From Candidatus Heimdallarchaeum aukensis (lineage in GTDB: Archaea > Asgardarchaeota > Heimdallarchaeia > Heimdallarchaeales > Heimdallarchaeaceae), in contig CP084166.1 in assembly GCA_021513695.1 (NCBI GenBank), forward strand, positions 992,001 through 1,056,000: a stretch of DNA of 64,000 nt. Direction: 5' to 3'. Below the pieces are notes generated by a model. That model made no database searches. It saw only the letters and a list, made by a program, of their open reading frames with translations, and was not told where the DNA came from. Each line of letters opens with the position of its first letter. Positions within the stretch are counted from its first letter, which is position 1. The translations under genes and the position numbers were made by a program. This document shows, one piece after another, positions 10,314-20,509 of the stretch.

Positions 10314-11541
10314 GATGAAAGAAACTAAAAAGACTTTGAAGAAAAAATTAAACTTACAACAATTTAAGGCAATTTTAAAGAAAGATTTATCCTTACTATT
10401 TAGAAAAAAAATAGCTTTCTTCATATTTGGAGGACCGTTCTTATTAATGTTTTTTATGTTTATAATCCCAACTCTTTTTTCGACTTCTACTCAATTGAAT
10501 CTTCTGATATATAATGAAGATCAAGGATACATGGATCAAAATATAGGGGACTTAATAGTTCAATCATTAAATCTATATTATTCATCAAATGATTCTCTTG
10601 TATCAGTAATTTTGGTCGATAATTACTCTGCAATTTTAAAAACAGAAGACCTGGGATTATATATTCCCTCGAATTTTTCTACTCTCGCATTTTCTTCATC
10701 ACCAAGTTTGTACATAGTTGATACCCTACAAACAATCACTTCTCAAACGCAAATATCAATTATCTACAATATTTGTCAGAAAGTCATGACCACTGCTATA
10801 GCAAATAGATCTATTCCTGACATTCAAACTGTTCAAGTTTCTCCAGTTTCAGGAACAGGAGAACAAAGTCTAAGCGTTAAAGCTTCAATTGTCGCGTATC
10901 CTCTGGGATATATGATCTTTTTACTGATTGCATTGAACTCTTCATCAAATAGTCTAATAGGTTTTGCAAGAGAAAAAAGAATGCGAACTATGGAAATAAT
11001 GCTAGCATATACAATAAACCATCGTTCTCTCATTATCTCAAAAGTAATTACTGGCGTAGTAGCTTCTGTAGGGTCAACACTCTCTTATTTTCTAGGAGTA
11101 GGAGCTGCAGCATTAATTATTAATAGAAACTCTGAAACTAATTTCTTTGATATCTTTTCTTTAAATCTTAACTTGCTCAATTTTTGGGATATTCTTTTGG
11201 TAATATTGAGTGTAATTGTTGCTCTATTTCTTTCTACTTTAATGACTATGGCCGTTGACTGTAATTTAACAAGAGAAGCTAGTGAAAGATTAAGCCCTTT
11301 GATATCAATAGGCTTTAGTTTCTTCTTCTATTTCTTGATAATTGTAAATCCTTTTGCTTTTTCAACAGCGTTGATGATTAATCCTTTTTATTGGCCATAT
11401 AGACTTGTACTACTAGTAGTATCAAAGAAATTCACCATAGAGGTGATAATATATATAATTGAAATCATATCATTAACTTTCATACTAATATATTTTGCAA
11501 CAAGAGGAATTGAAAAAGAGAAAAACTTATACTTAGAATAA
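10306..11541 (+). CDS. ABC-2 type transporter permease
   Basis: Overlaps the upstream ABC ATPase by 8 nt, suggesting an operon. It has an N-terminal TM helix, a large extracytoplasmic loop and then about 5 TM helices, which is ABC-2 permease topology. Confidence 0.6.
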   Translation: MNKMKETKKTLKKKLNLQQFKAILKKDLSLLFRKKIAFFIFGGPFLLMFFMFIIPTLFSTSTQLNLLIYNEDQGYMDQNIGDLIVQSLNLYYSSNDSLVSVILVDNYSAILKTEDLGLYIPSNFSTLAFSSSPSLYIVDTLQTITSQTQISIIYNICQKVMTTAIANRSIPDIQTVQVSPVSGTGEQSLSVKASIVAYPLGYMIFLLIALNSSSNSLIGFAREKRMRTMEIMLAYTINHRSLIISKVITGVVASVGSTLSYFLGVGAAALIINRNSETNFFDIFSLNLNLLNFWDILLVILSVIVALFLSTLMTMAVDCNLTREASERLSPLISIGFSFFFYFLIIVNPFAFSTALMINPFYWPYRLVLLVVSKKFTIEVIIYIIEIISLTFILIYFATRGIEKEKNLYLE

Positions 11542-11547
11542 GAAAAG

Positions 11548-12024
11548 TTACTGAATATTTTTCCAAATAATCCAAATTAGGCCATTTAAAGCTGAAACCA
11601 TTGCAAAGCTGACAAATATGATGAAAAGAACATCAATAAATTGCTTCCTGAAAATCGATAGTTTACCTATAGAATTATCCTCCTTTTCTGGGGGAGTAAC
11701 CTTTTTTCTGTTTGTAGAAGCATAGAGTTCTACTAAACCACCAAAGATAGTATTACTAATTGCAATGAATATGTCAACACTCTCTTTAATGCCTTGAGAA
11801 AAACGTAATAGAGAGTAGATAACAGCAAACATGAAAAATGCACTAGACGCAATCATAGGAATGATATAGAACCTGGGGTATTCATACCAATATGAAACTA
11901 GTTCATTTGAACAGACAGGACAATCATGCTTTTCAACAATGTCTTTTTTTCTTGTAAATAGTTTGAATAGAAAAACCTCTTTTTTGCAACTAGTACAGTA
12001 GTGTTTTCGTTCAAGGAAAATCAT
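11548..12024 (-). CDS. Membrane protein with an N-terminal zinc ribbon
   Basis: CTSCKK...CPVCSN is followed by three hydrophobic helices. Confidence 0.4.
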   Translation of the reverse strand: MIFLERKHYCTSCKKEVFLFKLFTRKKDIVEKHDCPVCSNELVSYWYEYPRFYIIPMIASSAFFMFAVIYSLLRFSQGIKESVDIFIAISNTIFGGLVELYASTNRKKVTPPEKEDNSIGKLSIFRKQFIDVLFIIFVSFAMVSALNGLIWIIWKNIQ

Positions 12025-12146
12025 TATAATTCTGCTTAAAATTGAATATAAAAATTCATCGATTTTAAGTTTAATTTGCTTTGCAAAACTTTTTAAATGT
12101 TCTTAAGTCGATGTTTTCAGTATTGTATACGTAAGAGGTTTAATAG

Positions 12147-14624
12147 ATGAAATTTACAAATCGGTTACAAGTACTGATTAATTCTGTAATAATTTTAAGT
12201 TTAATAACAGTAGGAATGGTTACATCTTCTGCAATTCAGATCAATTCAGAAGAGAATTCTTCTGTTAGAGAAACAATTACTGAGGATACAGTCTGGGAAG
12301 GTATAACAATCTACATTAATGAATCAATGCTTTTCAATGCCAAATTAACAATATCTAACTCAATTGTAATTTTTAAAGCAAATGCTACAAATGAGGTTAT
12401 TTTAGAAATAGGGGATACTTTAAACATAACTGACAGTCAAATATTAGCAGATGATCCTGATTACAACGGAAAAATCAAAAGTTTGCTCGGAGAAGAAATA
12501 ATTATAAGTAATTCTGAAATAAAGAATATAGATATTAGCGTCAATAGTGCAGAAGTGACTATAATTGACTCAGTTTTTGACAACTGCTATGAAGTAAAAT
12601 TCTTGACATTGCCAGAAACAAGTATTATAGCAAGAAACACTTTCAAGAATAATGAAACAGGATTATCACTTACTTACTCTCCAATAGAGTTAATAAATAA
12701 TACTTTCGAGAACTTAGATATAGGTGTATCAGTATCCTCTAGCGAAGGTATTTTGATTAAAGGAAATTCCTTTACCAACATTGCAGAAACTGCTATTTAC
12801 CAAACAAAACAGGGTGCAACAATAGAAAATAATGAGTTTACTGATGTTAATCGTGGAATAACCATTCAACAATCCAAAGCTGTATTAATTAAAGAAAATA
12901 CTTTTGAAAAATCTTATACAGCTATCATGACTCTAGACTCAAGCTATGTTACTATATCTACAAACAGTTTCGCAAACAATGAATTTAGTATTGACATGTC
13001 TGAAACTTATTATTCTGAAGTTTCAGATAACACAATAGAAAACACAACTGAAATAGCAATGCAAATACTAGAGTCAGATTATGTTGATATTCTAAATAAT
13101 GAGATAACTAATAGTTCAATTGGAATAAAATTAAATGAAAATAGAGCTTCTGCAATTCAATATAACACAATTACAGATGCTTTACTTTCCATTGATATCG
13201 AACATTCAAGATCCATCGATGTGATAGCAAATACAATTATAAACTCTGAAACAGCAATGTATATCGAAGATTCAGACAAAGCAACTTTAACTGCAAATGA
13301 TATCTTGACTTCCAATATTGGTATATCCATTTGGTCTTCAACTTCTCCTGCATTATCAAGTAACAAAATACTTGATACTAATATAGGAACAGAGTTGATA
13401 CTTGTTTCAGAAGGGTTATTACTAGGAAATGAATTTACTAACTCTCAAATGGGTATTTATGTTGTAGATACCAGTGAAACAAAGGTTGTAGATGGAACAT
13501 TAGTTAATGTTGCAGATGGTATAAAAATAGTCGAAAGTCCTAATTTTGAAGTAAGTGGAAACACTTTTGAAGACATTTCTGGAGATGCAGTAATTTTTGA
13601 TGATAGCAATGACTCTGTTGTTTATCATAATAACTTTTACAATATTACTGGTAAATATGGTAGCATAATTGATTGTATTGTTAACTTTGAATACGAAGTT
13701 TCTAATGGAACAATTCACGGTAACTACTATGAAGGAGTAGACGAAACATCAGTCTATATTGACACAGTCACTTATGAAGGAAAAGAAATTGAAATCTATG
13801 ACAATCATCCATTGACAGAAAAATACACTGTTCCTCCAGCAATAAGTGTTGTAGAAAGAGATGTACAAGATCCTGATGACACAATGATCGTAAATGTCAC
13901 AGCACAAATCTATAAACCATCAGAACTTTCAATTTCAGCATACTTAGATTACATGTCAAACTTTGATGATGATTGGACATCAGTTGAAATGACAATTGTA
14001 TCTTCTGTTGGTCAAATATACATCTATCAATCTTCTATACCTAAATTAGACTACGGACTTGAAATAACCTACAGGATTAGAGTAGTTTATGAATCTGAGT
14101 CTACTATATCAAGCAATTATACATATGTTGTCGAATACTCTGATGAAACACCTATCATCATTAATAATCCAACAGTAGTCGTAAGAGCTGAAGGTTCAGA
14201 TAAATTTACTTACACAAGTGTATACTATGATCTATACTATATAGTTGTGCAAGTTAGAGTAAAGAATCAAACAGCTAATCTCGCAAAAATAGATGGAAGA
14301 GATTATGTCAATATCTCATGGACATTAATAACAAATGAAGGAAATGAAACACATGATAACATAATGTTCTACAACACCACTACAGGAGTGTTCGAACTAG
14401 AATTAGGAAAGTTTACAGCCAATTCTAACATTACTTATCGAATATATGCAGAAGACGAACTAGGTAATTCAAGATGGACATTAGAAACCTATGAAATACA
14501 CATCACCTCTGAAACTACTGAAGAAACAGGTTTCGATAGCGTTACATTAATAGGAATAACAGCAAGTTTATTCATAATTCAAACTATAGTTGTTATTCAA
14601 AGAAGAAAAAGACAAGAAAACTAA
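12147..14624 (+). CDS. Cell-surface protein with right-handed parallel beta-helix (PbH1-like) repeats and a C-terminal TM anchor
   Basis: A signal peptide is followed by many ~22-aa repeats (N..I.N..I.....GI.L..S..N.I) and a C-terminal TM plus basic tail: VTLIGITASLFIIQTIVVIQRRKRQEN. Confidence 0.6.
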   Translation: MKFTNRLQVLINSVIILSLITVGMVTSSAIQINSEENSSVRETITEDTVWEGITIYINESMLFNAKLTISNSIVIFKANATNEVILEIGDTLNITDSQILADDPDYNGKIKSLLGEEIIISNSEIKNIDISVNSAEVTIIDSVFDNCYEVKFLTLPETSIIARNTFKNNETGLSLTYSPIELINNTFENLDIGVSVSSSEGILIKGNSFTNIAETAIYQTKQGATIENNEFTDVNRGITIQQSKAVLIKENTFEKSYTAIMTLDSSYVTISTNSFANNEFSIDMSETYYSEVSDNTIENTTEIAMQILESDYVDILNNEITNSSIGIKLNENRASAIQYNTITDALLSIDIEHSRSIDVIANTIINSETAMYIEDSDKATLTANDILTSNIGISIWSSTSPALSSNKILDTNIGTELILVSEGLLLGNEFTNSQMGIYVVDTSETKVVDGTLVNVADGIKIVESPNFEVSGNTFEDISGDAVIFDDSNDSVVYHNNFYNITGKYGSIIDCIVNFEYEVSNGTIHGNYYEGVDETSVYIDTVTYEGKEIEIYDNHPLTEKYTVPPAISVVERDVQDPDDTMIVNVTAQIYKPSELSISAYLDYMSNFDDDWTSVEMTIVSSVGQIYIYQSSIPKLDYGLEITYRIRVVYESESTISSNYTYVVEYSDETPIIINNPTVVVRAEGSDKFTYTSVYYDLYYIVVQVRVKNQTANLAKIDGRDYVNISWTLITNEGNETHDNIMFYNTTTGVFELELGKFTANSNITYRIYAEDELGNSRWTLETYEIHITSETTEETGFDSVTLIGITASLFIIQTIVVIQRRKRQEN

Positions 14625-14734
14625 AAAGTCTCTCTTTTACTTTTTATTTCTTTTTTATGTTTTTGAAAAAGTTTTATATTTATTTCAAACTCTTTAAATA
14701 AAACAGTTTATAAACAACACCGACATTTTTAATA

Positions 14735-15448
14735 TTGAAACTTCAAAAATTAAATAAGAAAAGAGGAAAAGTAATGAAAAAAAAATTTATTATGATTTTT
14801 TTGTTTATAGCTATTATATTTAGTTCAGTTCCCTTTTTGGCAAAAGGAGAAACGAAAACCGAAACTGTATTGGAAGAATATAATATAATTTTTGATTGGG
14901 GATATGTTTATTATTTTACAGAAACAACTCCTGCAAAGCAAACCGAAGTTACTCTTGAAATAAGTAGTGATCAATCTCTCATTTTCTTTGTATGCAATAA
15001 GGAAGACGCAGAAAACTACGCAAATGGTGAAGAAATAGATGTATATTATGTTAACTATGATGTGTCAGTTACAACATTAACTTTTGTTTTGGATGAAAAA
15101 AGAACCTATGACTTTGCTTTTGATAATACAAACTCAGAAAATGCTGCAGCTAACATCGATTATGTTATTATTACCTTTACTTATGAAACATCAAGCAGTG
15201 GATGGATAGTATGGGTTATTATCCTTGCAGCAGTAATTGGTTTTGTAATCTTAATTGTTAAAAAACGCAGCAAACCTACTGCAGAAGGGTACATTCAACC
15301 TTCACAATATACTGCCTATGAACCTCCTTCAACAGTTCAACAAACCTATCAACAACCAGTGACGCCGTCTAATTATTGTACAAATTGTGGAGCAACAAAT
15401 GAAGAAAACGCAATGTTTTGTACTAACTGTGGAGCAAAACTAGTTTGA
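14735..15448 (+). CDS. Membrane protein with a C-terminal double-CxxC zinc ribbon
   Basis: Signal/TM segment, a central TM helix, a Q/P-rich linker, then CTNCGATNEENAMFCTNCGAKLV. Confidence 0.45.
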   Translation: MKLQKLNKKRGKVMKKKFIMIFLFIAIIFSSVPFLAKGETKTETVLEEYNIIFDWGYVYYFTETTPAKQTEVTLEISSDQSLIFFVCNKEDAENYANGEEIDVYYVNYDVSVTTLTFVLDEKRTYDFAFDNTNSENAAANIDYVIITFTYETSSSGWIVWVIILAAVIGFVILIVKKRSKPTAEGYIQPSQYTAYEPPSTVQQTYQQPVTPSNYCTNCGATNEENAMFCTNCGAKLV

Positions 15449-15573
15449 TTGTTGTAAGAAAGTGATGAATAATGTTTCCACTTTTTCTTTTTCTTGAACT
15501 AAAAATTTCTAGTAAAATAAAAATAGATTTTATTACTATACAAAACTCTTTAAATGTTTAAATAATTCAAGGG

Positions 15574-16323
15574 ATGAGGAAAATGGGTCATTATGTACCA
15601 AAAAGAAGAAAATTCATCGATCGTAGGAATTTAGTTCAAAATATAGTTTTAGGAGTAGTATTAACAGCATCGGTTGTATTAGGTTTTATTTCAGGAAATC
15701 CCCTTTTTAAAATAATCGGATTTATTATTATTGCAATACTCACGGGGACATTCTTCTCTGGAGTTATGATCCGCTTTTTGACAGGAAGAGGATATGCTAT
15801 AGCTAGTGCTATAAATGAACTATTGTATATTTTTGTAGCTATACCAATAATTGTGATGGCTGCGACATACTTACCTGTTAGTATATATCTAACCTTTTTC
15901 GGAACTCAATGGTCATCACAAATCTTGATTGGAATATTTTTTATTACTGGAATGTTAATGTTAGGTTCCATTCTCTATCTAATTAAAGGTCATCTTAGAG
16001 ATAAGAAAATGGGTTTATTTAGCTACATAGCCTATTTATTTGATTTTGAAAAAAGAGCTCAAGAAAGAATAAAACAAAAAGAAAGAGTGAAAAGAATTGA
16101 TGAATTCTATGCTGGATTTCATCAAATAGAATCTGCTGTAGCTGCTAAAATGGAAAAAAGAATGACTGGTTTCCAAGAGTTTGATTGGAAAGCAAGATTG
16201 AACGAGACTCCAGAATGGATGAAAGAACAAGAGCAGGAACAAGAGCAAGAGCAAGAGCAAGAACAAGAGCAGGAACAAGAGCAAGAGCAAGAGCAAGAAC
16301 AAGAGCAGGAACAAGAAAATTAG
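15574..16323 (+). CDS. Membrane protein with a C-terminal (Glu-Gln)n low-complexity tail
   Basis: Four or five TM helices are followed by a charged domain ending in EQ repeated about 30 times. Confidence 0.5.
   Translation: MRKMGHYVPKRRKFIDRRNLVQNIVLGVVLTASVVLGFISGNPLFKIIGFIIIAILTGTFFSGVMIRFLTGRGYAIASAINELLYIFVAIPIIVMAATYLPVSIYLTFFGTQWSSQILIGIFFITGMLMLGSILYLIKGHLRDKKMGLFSYIAYLFDFEKRAQERIKQKERVKRIDEFYAGFHQIESAVAAKMEKRMTGFQEFDWKARLNETPEWMKEQEQEQEQEQEQEQEQEQEQEQEQEQEQEQEN
16225..16314 (+). repeat. Hexanucleotide (GAR-CAR)n microsatellite that encodes the EQ tail
   Basis: gaacaagagcaggaacaagagcaagagcaa... repeats for about 90 nt. The antisense strand yields a spurious poly-Leu ORF (16036..16314). 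Confidence 0.8.
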
Positions 16324-16393
16324 ATATACTTAAGCTTAAAGCAGTTCTAAAAAAATAGTATAAAAATATACTTTATAAACTAAATTAATTTTT

Positions 16394-17050
16394 TTGATTA
16401 AAATGATTAAAGTTGTTATTTTTGATTTTGATGGGGTAATTTCTGATTCAAAAAGAGCATACGCTCTGCAAATGCAAGAAACAATAAAAAAGATTTCAGG
16501 AAAAGATATCTCTATTTCAGAGTTTGATAAAAGGGGAGGAAATACTGATCAAATAGACGATTTCAAGCATTTGTTACAAACAGAAGATAGAAGTGTTCTT
16601 GATAAAGCGTCAAAAATATATCAAGAATTAACTGTAAAATATAAAAACATGCGTAAACTTTATCCTGGAGTGAAAGAAACTCTGAAGAAAGTTAGAGAAA
16701 TGTGTAAAATAGCAATTGTGTCAAGAAAAGAACAAAATAGGTTAATTGAATGGATCAATTTTTATTCTATTGGTGAACTCATAGATAAAGCAATAGGAAC
16801 ACTTGACCATTCTAAAGCTCCAGCAATTAAAAGAGTTCTTGAAGAGTTCAATTGCCAACCAGAAGAAGCTCTAATGGTGGGAGATACTGCATTTGATATT
16901 GTAAGTGCAAAAGAAGCAAAGGTTAGAAGCGTTTTAGCAAAGTATGGAACAACAATGTATGAAGAAGCTGTTGAACAAAAACCAGACTTTATTATTGACT
17001 CAATAAGCGAAATTATAACATTAATAAATCAGCTAAATAATGAAGAGTGA
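16394..17050 (+). CDS. HAD-superfamily hydrolase (phosphatase-like)
   Basis: Motif I VVIFDFDGVISDS (DxDG) and motif IV MVGDTAFDI. Confidence 0.7.
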   Translation: MIKMIKVVIFDFDGVISDSKRAYALQMQETIKKISGKDISISEFDKRGGNTDQIDDFKHLLQTEDRSVLDKASKIYQELTVKYKNMRKLYPGVKETLKKVREMCKIAIVSRKEQNRLIEWINFYSIGELIDKAIGTLDHSKAPAIKRVLEEFNCQPEEALMVGDTAFDIVSAKEAKVRSVLAKYGTTMYEEAVEQKPDFIIDSISEIITLINQLNNEE

Positions 17051-17093
17051 ATTCCAAAAGTAACTTTTTAAATATCCCAATACATTTCTTTTT

Positions 17094-17891
17094 ATGAAAA
17101 TTGGCTTCTTTCAATTTGAACCTAAATTTTTAGATGTAGAAGAAAATATAAACCAGATTATATCTGAATTAGAAAAATCTCAAACTTTTGATTTGATAGT
17201 TTTACCAGAGTTAGCTAATTCAGGTTACCTCTTTAAGAAAAAGGAAGAGTTAGAACAAGTAGCTGAAGAAATACCTGGGGGAACATTTGTTTCACATTTA
17301 GAAAGCATTTGCAAGAGTAAGAATGCATATATTGTTGCTGGAGTTGCAGAAAAAAAAGGTTCAATATTCTTTAATTCTTCAGTGTTAGTTGGTCCTGAAG
17401 GGTATGTTTCTACTTATAGGAAGTTACATCTGTTTGATAGAGAGAAACTGTTTTTTGAACCAGGTAATAAACCGTTAGAAGTCTATGATATTGGAAAAGC
17501 CAAAGTGGGATTAATGATTTGTTTTGATTGGATATTCCCTGAAACAGTTAGAGTCCTTGCTCTAAAAGGTGCTGAAATCATATGTCACTCTGCAAATCTT
17601 GTTTTACCGTACAGTCAAACAGCAATGTTAGCACGATCAGTAGAAAATGCAGTCTTTACAATAACAGCAAATAGGATTGGAACAGAAAAAAATGATGAAC
17701 TTATCTTAAGTTTTACAGGACAAAGCCAGATTACATCTCCAAAAATGAAAACTCTAGCTAAAGCAGAAAAAGATACAATAGAAATAAAAATTGTTGAAAT
17801 AGACCCTGAATTGGCAAAAAATAAGTGGATAAATGAAAGAAATAATTTATTCGAGGATAGAAGAGTAGATTATTACGCAATTTTAACCTAA
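17094..17891 (+). CDS. Carbon-nitrogen hydrolase (nitrilase superfamily)
   Basis: MKIGFFQFEP followed by an E...K...C triad, with the Cys in GLMICFDWIFPE. Confidence 0.8.
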   Translation: MKIGFFQFEPKFLDVEENINQIISELEKSQTFDLIVLPELANSGYLFKKKEELEQVAEEIPGGTFVSHLESICKSKNAYIVAGVAEKKGSIFFNSSVLVGPEGYVSTYRKLHLFDREKLFFEPGNKPLEVYDIGKAKVGLMICFDWIFPETVRVLALKGAEIICHSANLVLPYSQTAMLARSVENAVFTITANRIGTEKNDELILSFTGQSQITSPKMKTLAKAEKDTIEIKIVEIDPELAKNKWINERNNLFEDRRVDYYAILT

Positions 17892-17947
17892 AAATAATAA
17901 AAAAAACATCAAAACCTTTTTTAAATTTTAGTAGATTATAATTAGTT

Positions 17948-18841
17948 GTGAGGATTATGAGTGTTGAAGAGTATTCAGGTAAAGACAGAGTTAATTTGGA
18001 GTACCTTGTGAAAGTGATTGATGATTTAATTAAAAAAACAAATCTTATTGAGAAAATGTTAACTGATGAAAAAGAGGGTAGAATTAATCAATATAAAGAA
18101 TTAACAAAGAAAATTGAAAAAAGTGAAAAAGAAACTAAAAGTATTAACACTCAACTGTCAAATTTAAAAACAAAACAACTGTCAAGCCTTTCTAAAGAAA
18201 TTGAAGATTCAAAGAAGGCGTTATTAATTATAAAAGAAAGAATTGATGAAAAAGATAAAGATATTGAAAATCTTGAGATGAAAATTAGTGAAGTAAACAA
18301 ACTGTTTGAACAGTTTAAATCTAATCTAAACGAAGAAAAACAGATCAGAGAAGAAAAAGAACAAGAAATACAAGAGCTAAAAGAAAAGAATAGCGAACTA
18401 AGCATAAGGTTAGAAGAAAAAGAAGAAAGACTGAAACAACTTGAGAATGAATTAACAAAATTAAAAGAACAACTAGGTTCATTGAAAGATAAAAAAGAAA
18501 ATCTTACTTCTAAAATTGAGAAATTAAAGGAAGAAAAGAAAGAACTAAACGAAAAATTGAAAGAAATCGAAAAAGAATATAAAAACTACAAAGACAATAT
18601 GGAACCAGTAATTGCTCAAAATACACATATTAAAAAACTACTTGACGAGAGTTTACAAGGAAAAATATATCTTTACTTACTAGAAAAATATCCAAAAACA
18701 TCAAATATTGATGATATAGCGAAAGAAATAGACTCTCCTGCTGTGAAAATAAAGTCAGAAATACTAGCAATGCAAGAAATGGGTGTAATAAGATACAATA
18801 CTGATACAAGAGAAGTTTTTATCACAGAAAAAAAAGTCTAA
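17948..18841 (+). CDS. Coiled-coil protein with a C-terminal winged-helix domain
   Basis: A long E/K-rich heptad region is followed by a C-terminal wHTH-like segment LLEKYPKTSNIDDIAKEIDSPAVKIKSEILAMQEMGVIRYN. Confidence 0.5.
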   Translation: MRIMSVEEYSGKDRVNLEYLVKVIDDLIKKTNLIEKMLTDEKEGRINQYKELTKKIEKSEKETKSINTQLSNLKTKQLSSLSKEIEDSKKALLIIKERIDEKDKDIENLEMKISEVNKLFEQFKSNLNEEKQIREEKEQEIQELKEKNSELSIRLEEKEERLKQLENELTKLKEQLGSLKDKKENLTSKIEKLKEEKKELNEKLKEIEKEYKNYKDNMEPVIAQNTHIKKLLDESLQGKIYLYLLEKYPKTSNIDDIAKEIDSPAVKIKSEILAMQEMGVIRYNTDTREVFITEKKV

Positions 18842-19107
18842 GATATTTTTAGTTAATTTTTTTATCATTCTTTTATTTGAAAAAATAAGTAATACAAAAA
18901 AGAAAATGTATTACGACTTGTTTTTGATTTATCAACTCTAAGCCTATTTAAAAAAATCTTTTAATTAGGAAAAACTATTTTAATGGAATAAAGTGCTTTT
19001 TCAAAAAACTATGTAGTTGAGTGTGGTGCATATAAAATAAATATTTGTGGAGTAACTTTTTACTTTTGTGCATGGTAAGGTTTATAAAAATTTAATAAAA
19101 AAATAAC

Positions 19108-19368
19108 TTGATGATGCAAACGAAGTTTCCTATTCCTTACTCAACGGACAGTGAAAGAGAAGAATTTATTGATCATATGTTTTGCCCTATTTGTAAACTG
19201 TCAAGCAAAAAAGATATTGTCTCTAAGTCCGAGTTAGAAGAGCAAAGAATTACCTATATTGTATTCACTCTTCGTTGTGATAACTGTGATAAACTGTATG
19301 AAGTAACTTTTTTTGACGAAAATCAAATAGATTCAATTGAAAAATTGAAAACTTATTCATTTTATTAA
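19108..19368 (+). CDS. Small zinc-ribbon protein
   Basis: CPICK...CDNCDK. Confidence 0.35.
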   Translation: MMMQTKFPIPYSTDSEREEFIDHMFCPICKLSSKKDIVSKSELEEQRITYIVFTLRCDNCDKLYEVTFFDENQIDSIEKLKTYSFY

Positions 19369-19613
19369 CTTCTAATTTTATTCATATCTCTAAATCTATT
19401 AAGTTGTTCTTCATCATAGAATTTCAAAGGAAAAACTACAAAAAAATAATTTCACCTGATAATGGTCAAATTAAAGGTGTAGTTCTCTTCTTCTTTCTTT
19501 TTTGTTGTAAACAACAACAATGATTACTTGTTTTACACTTTGGACAATACATTCTGATCTTTAACTATATGAATTTTTCATTTGTTCCTTTATATGTTTA
19601 AGTAAACACAAGC

Positions 19614-20264
19614 TTATCTCCAGTCAAAATAAACTGAACTAAACTTTTCTGGAATTTCGATATTGTTAAGTAAAATAATGTCGAAACTTAATTTCTTAGG
19701 GAAAAATACAAAGTTAGCTTTTTGTAAAGGCTTAGAGTTATAATACGGAATATAAGGAGATTGTAATCCAACCCATCCTTTTGCATTACTTGTTTCTGAT
19801 AAGTACAGACTTAAATCTTTTGCTTCTTGTATAGATAGGTTTTTTATGTGGATAATGTCGATCCAACCAAAGGGAATAGAATTCCCAAAACCTGCTAATT
19901 GAAATTCCCAAGCAAGCATGAATCCTTTAACTTCTTTATTTTTTTCATAAATAACACAATTAGTAATTGGTTGTTCTAGTAACCATTTAAAATCTTCAAA
20001 GTTTGGCTCTATAGATGCGTTAAAATCTTTAGTTAGATTAGTAATCAACTCAAATAAAATAGGGATATCATCTTTTCTAAATTTCCTAAGATTTGCTCTG
20101 TTTTTTATTTTCTTATTCTTTTCTTTCAATTTGAAAAAATATTTTTCGTAAAATTTTAGTTTAACAACTTTTGAAACCTTTTCTGAATTGAAAACCCTAA
20201 TGATGAACTTGTTAGTTTCATATGGACGAAAAACTTGAAAACTTTTTTCTCTAGCAACTGACAA
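19614..20264 (-). CDS. Hypothetical protein; region with ambiguous, conflicting gene models
   Basis: A 216-aa ORF with a K-rich N-terminus. It conflicts with a GNAT-like fragment on the opposite strand (see 20261..20509). Confidence 0.3.
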   Translation of the reverse strand: MSVAREKSFQVFRPYETNKFIIRVFNSEKVSKVVKLKFYEKYFFKLKEKNKKIKNRANLRKFRKDDIPILFELITNLTKDFNASIEPNFEDFKWLLEQPITNCVIYEKNKEVKGFMLAWEFQLAGFGNSIPFGWIDIIHIKNLSIQEAKDLSLYLSETSNAKGWVGLQSPYIPYYNSKPLQKANFVFFPKKLSFDIILLNNIEIPEKFSSVYFDWR

Positions 20265-20509
20265 AGCTGTATCAATTCCATGTTGTAGGTTTTTTGGGCT
20301 TAATTCCTAGAGAATTTAGGATAAAGAAAGAAACTTACAAATTTGCTATTCCTGCTTGGTTAGCTGTACATCACCAACATAGAAGAAAAGGTTTAGCAAA
20401 AATGATGGGCAAAAAGATGCTTGAGATTGCTCAACAGGAATCATTTGATGGAGGTCTTGCTTTATTTGAACCAGAACAACATCGTTTGTTTTCTTGTAAA
20501 CAGCTCTAA
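20261..20509 (+). pseudogene. GNAT acetyltransferase motif-A fragment (possible gene remnant)
   Basis: FAIPAWLAVHHQHRRKGLAKMMGKKMLEIAQQESFDGG matches the GNAT motif A (R/Q-x-x-G-x-G/A) core. No upstream N-terminal half lies in frame, since there is a stop at 20258-20260. Confidence 0.25.

Noticed and set aside
16036-16314. 92-aa poly-Leu ORF on the minus strand
   Set aside because: It is the antisense reading of the (GAR-CAR)n repeat that encodes the EQ tail on the plus strand.
16225-16314. Tandem repeat considered as a possible CRISPR array
   Set aside because: The unit is 6 nt with no spacers, and it is in-frame coding sequence. The two 41-bp repeats at 38.6 and 41.1 kb are only two copies 2.4 kb apart and IS-related, not a CRISPR.
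20265-20345. Idea that ORFs 20346..20834 and 19614..20264 are one gene interrupted by a single in-frame stop (readthrough or Sec/Pyl)
   Set aside because: Translating the 80-nt spacer on the minus strand gives stops in all three frames, and the downstream ORF's TTG start is in a different frame by my reading. They are not joined by a single recodable stop.
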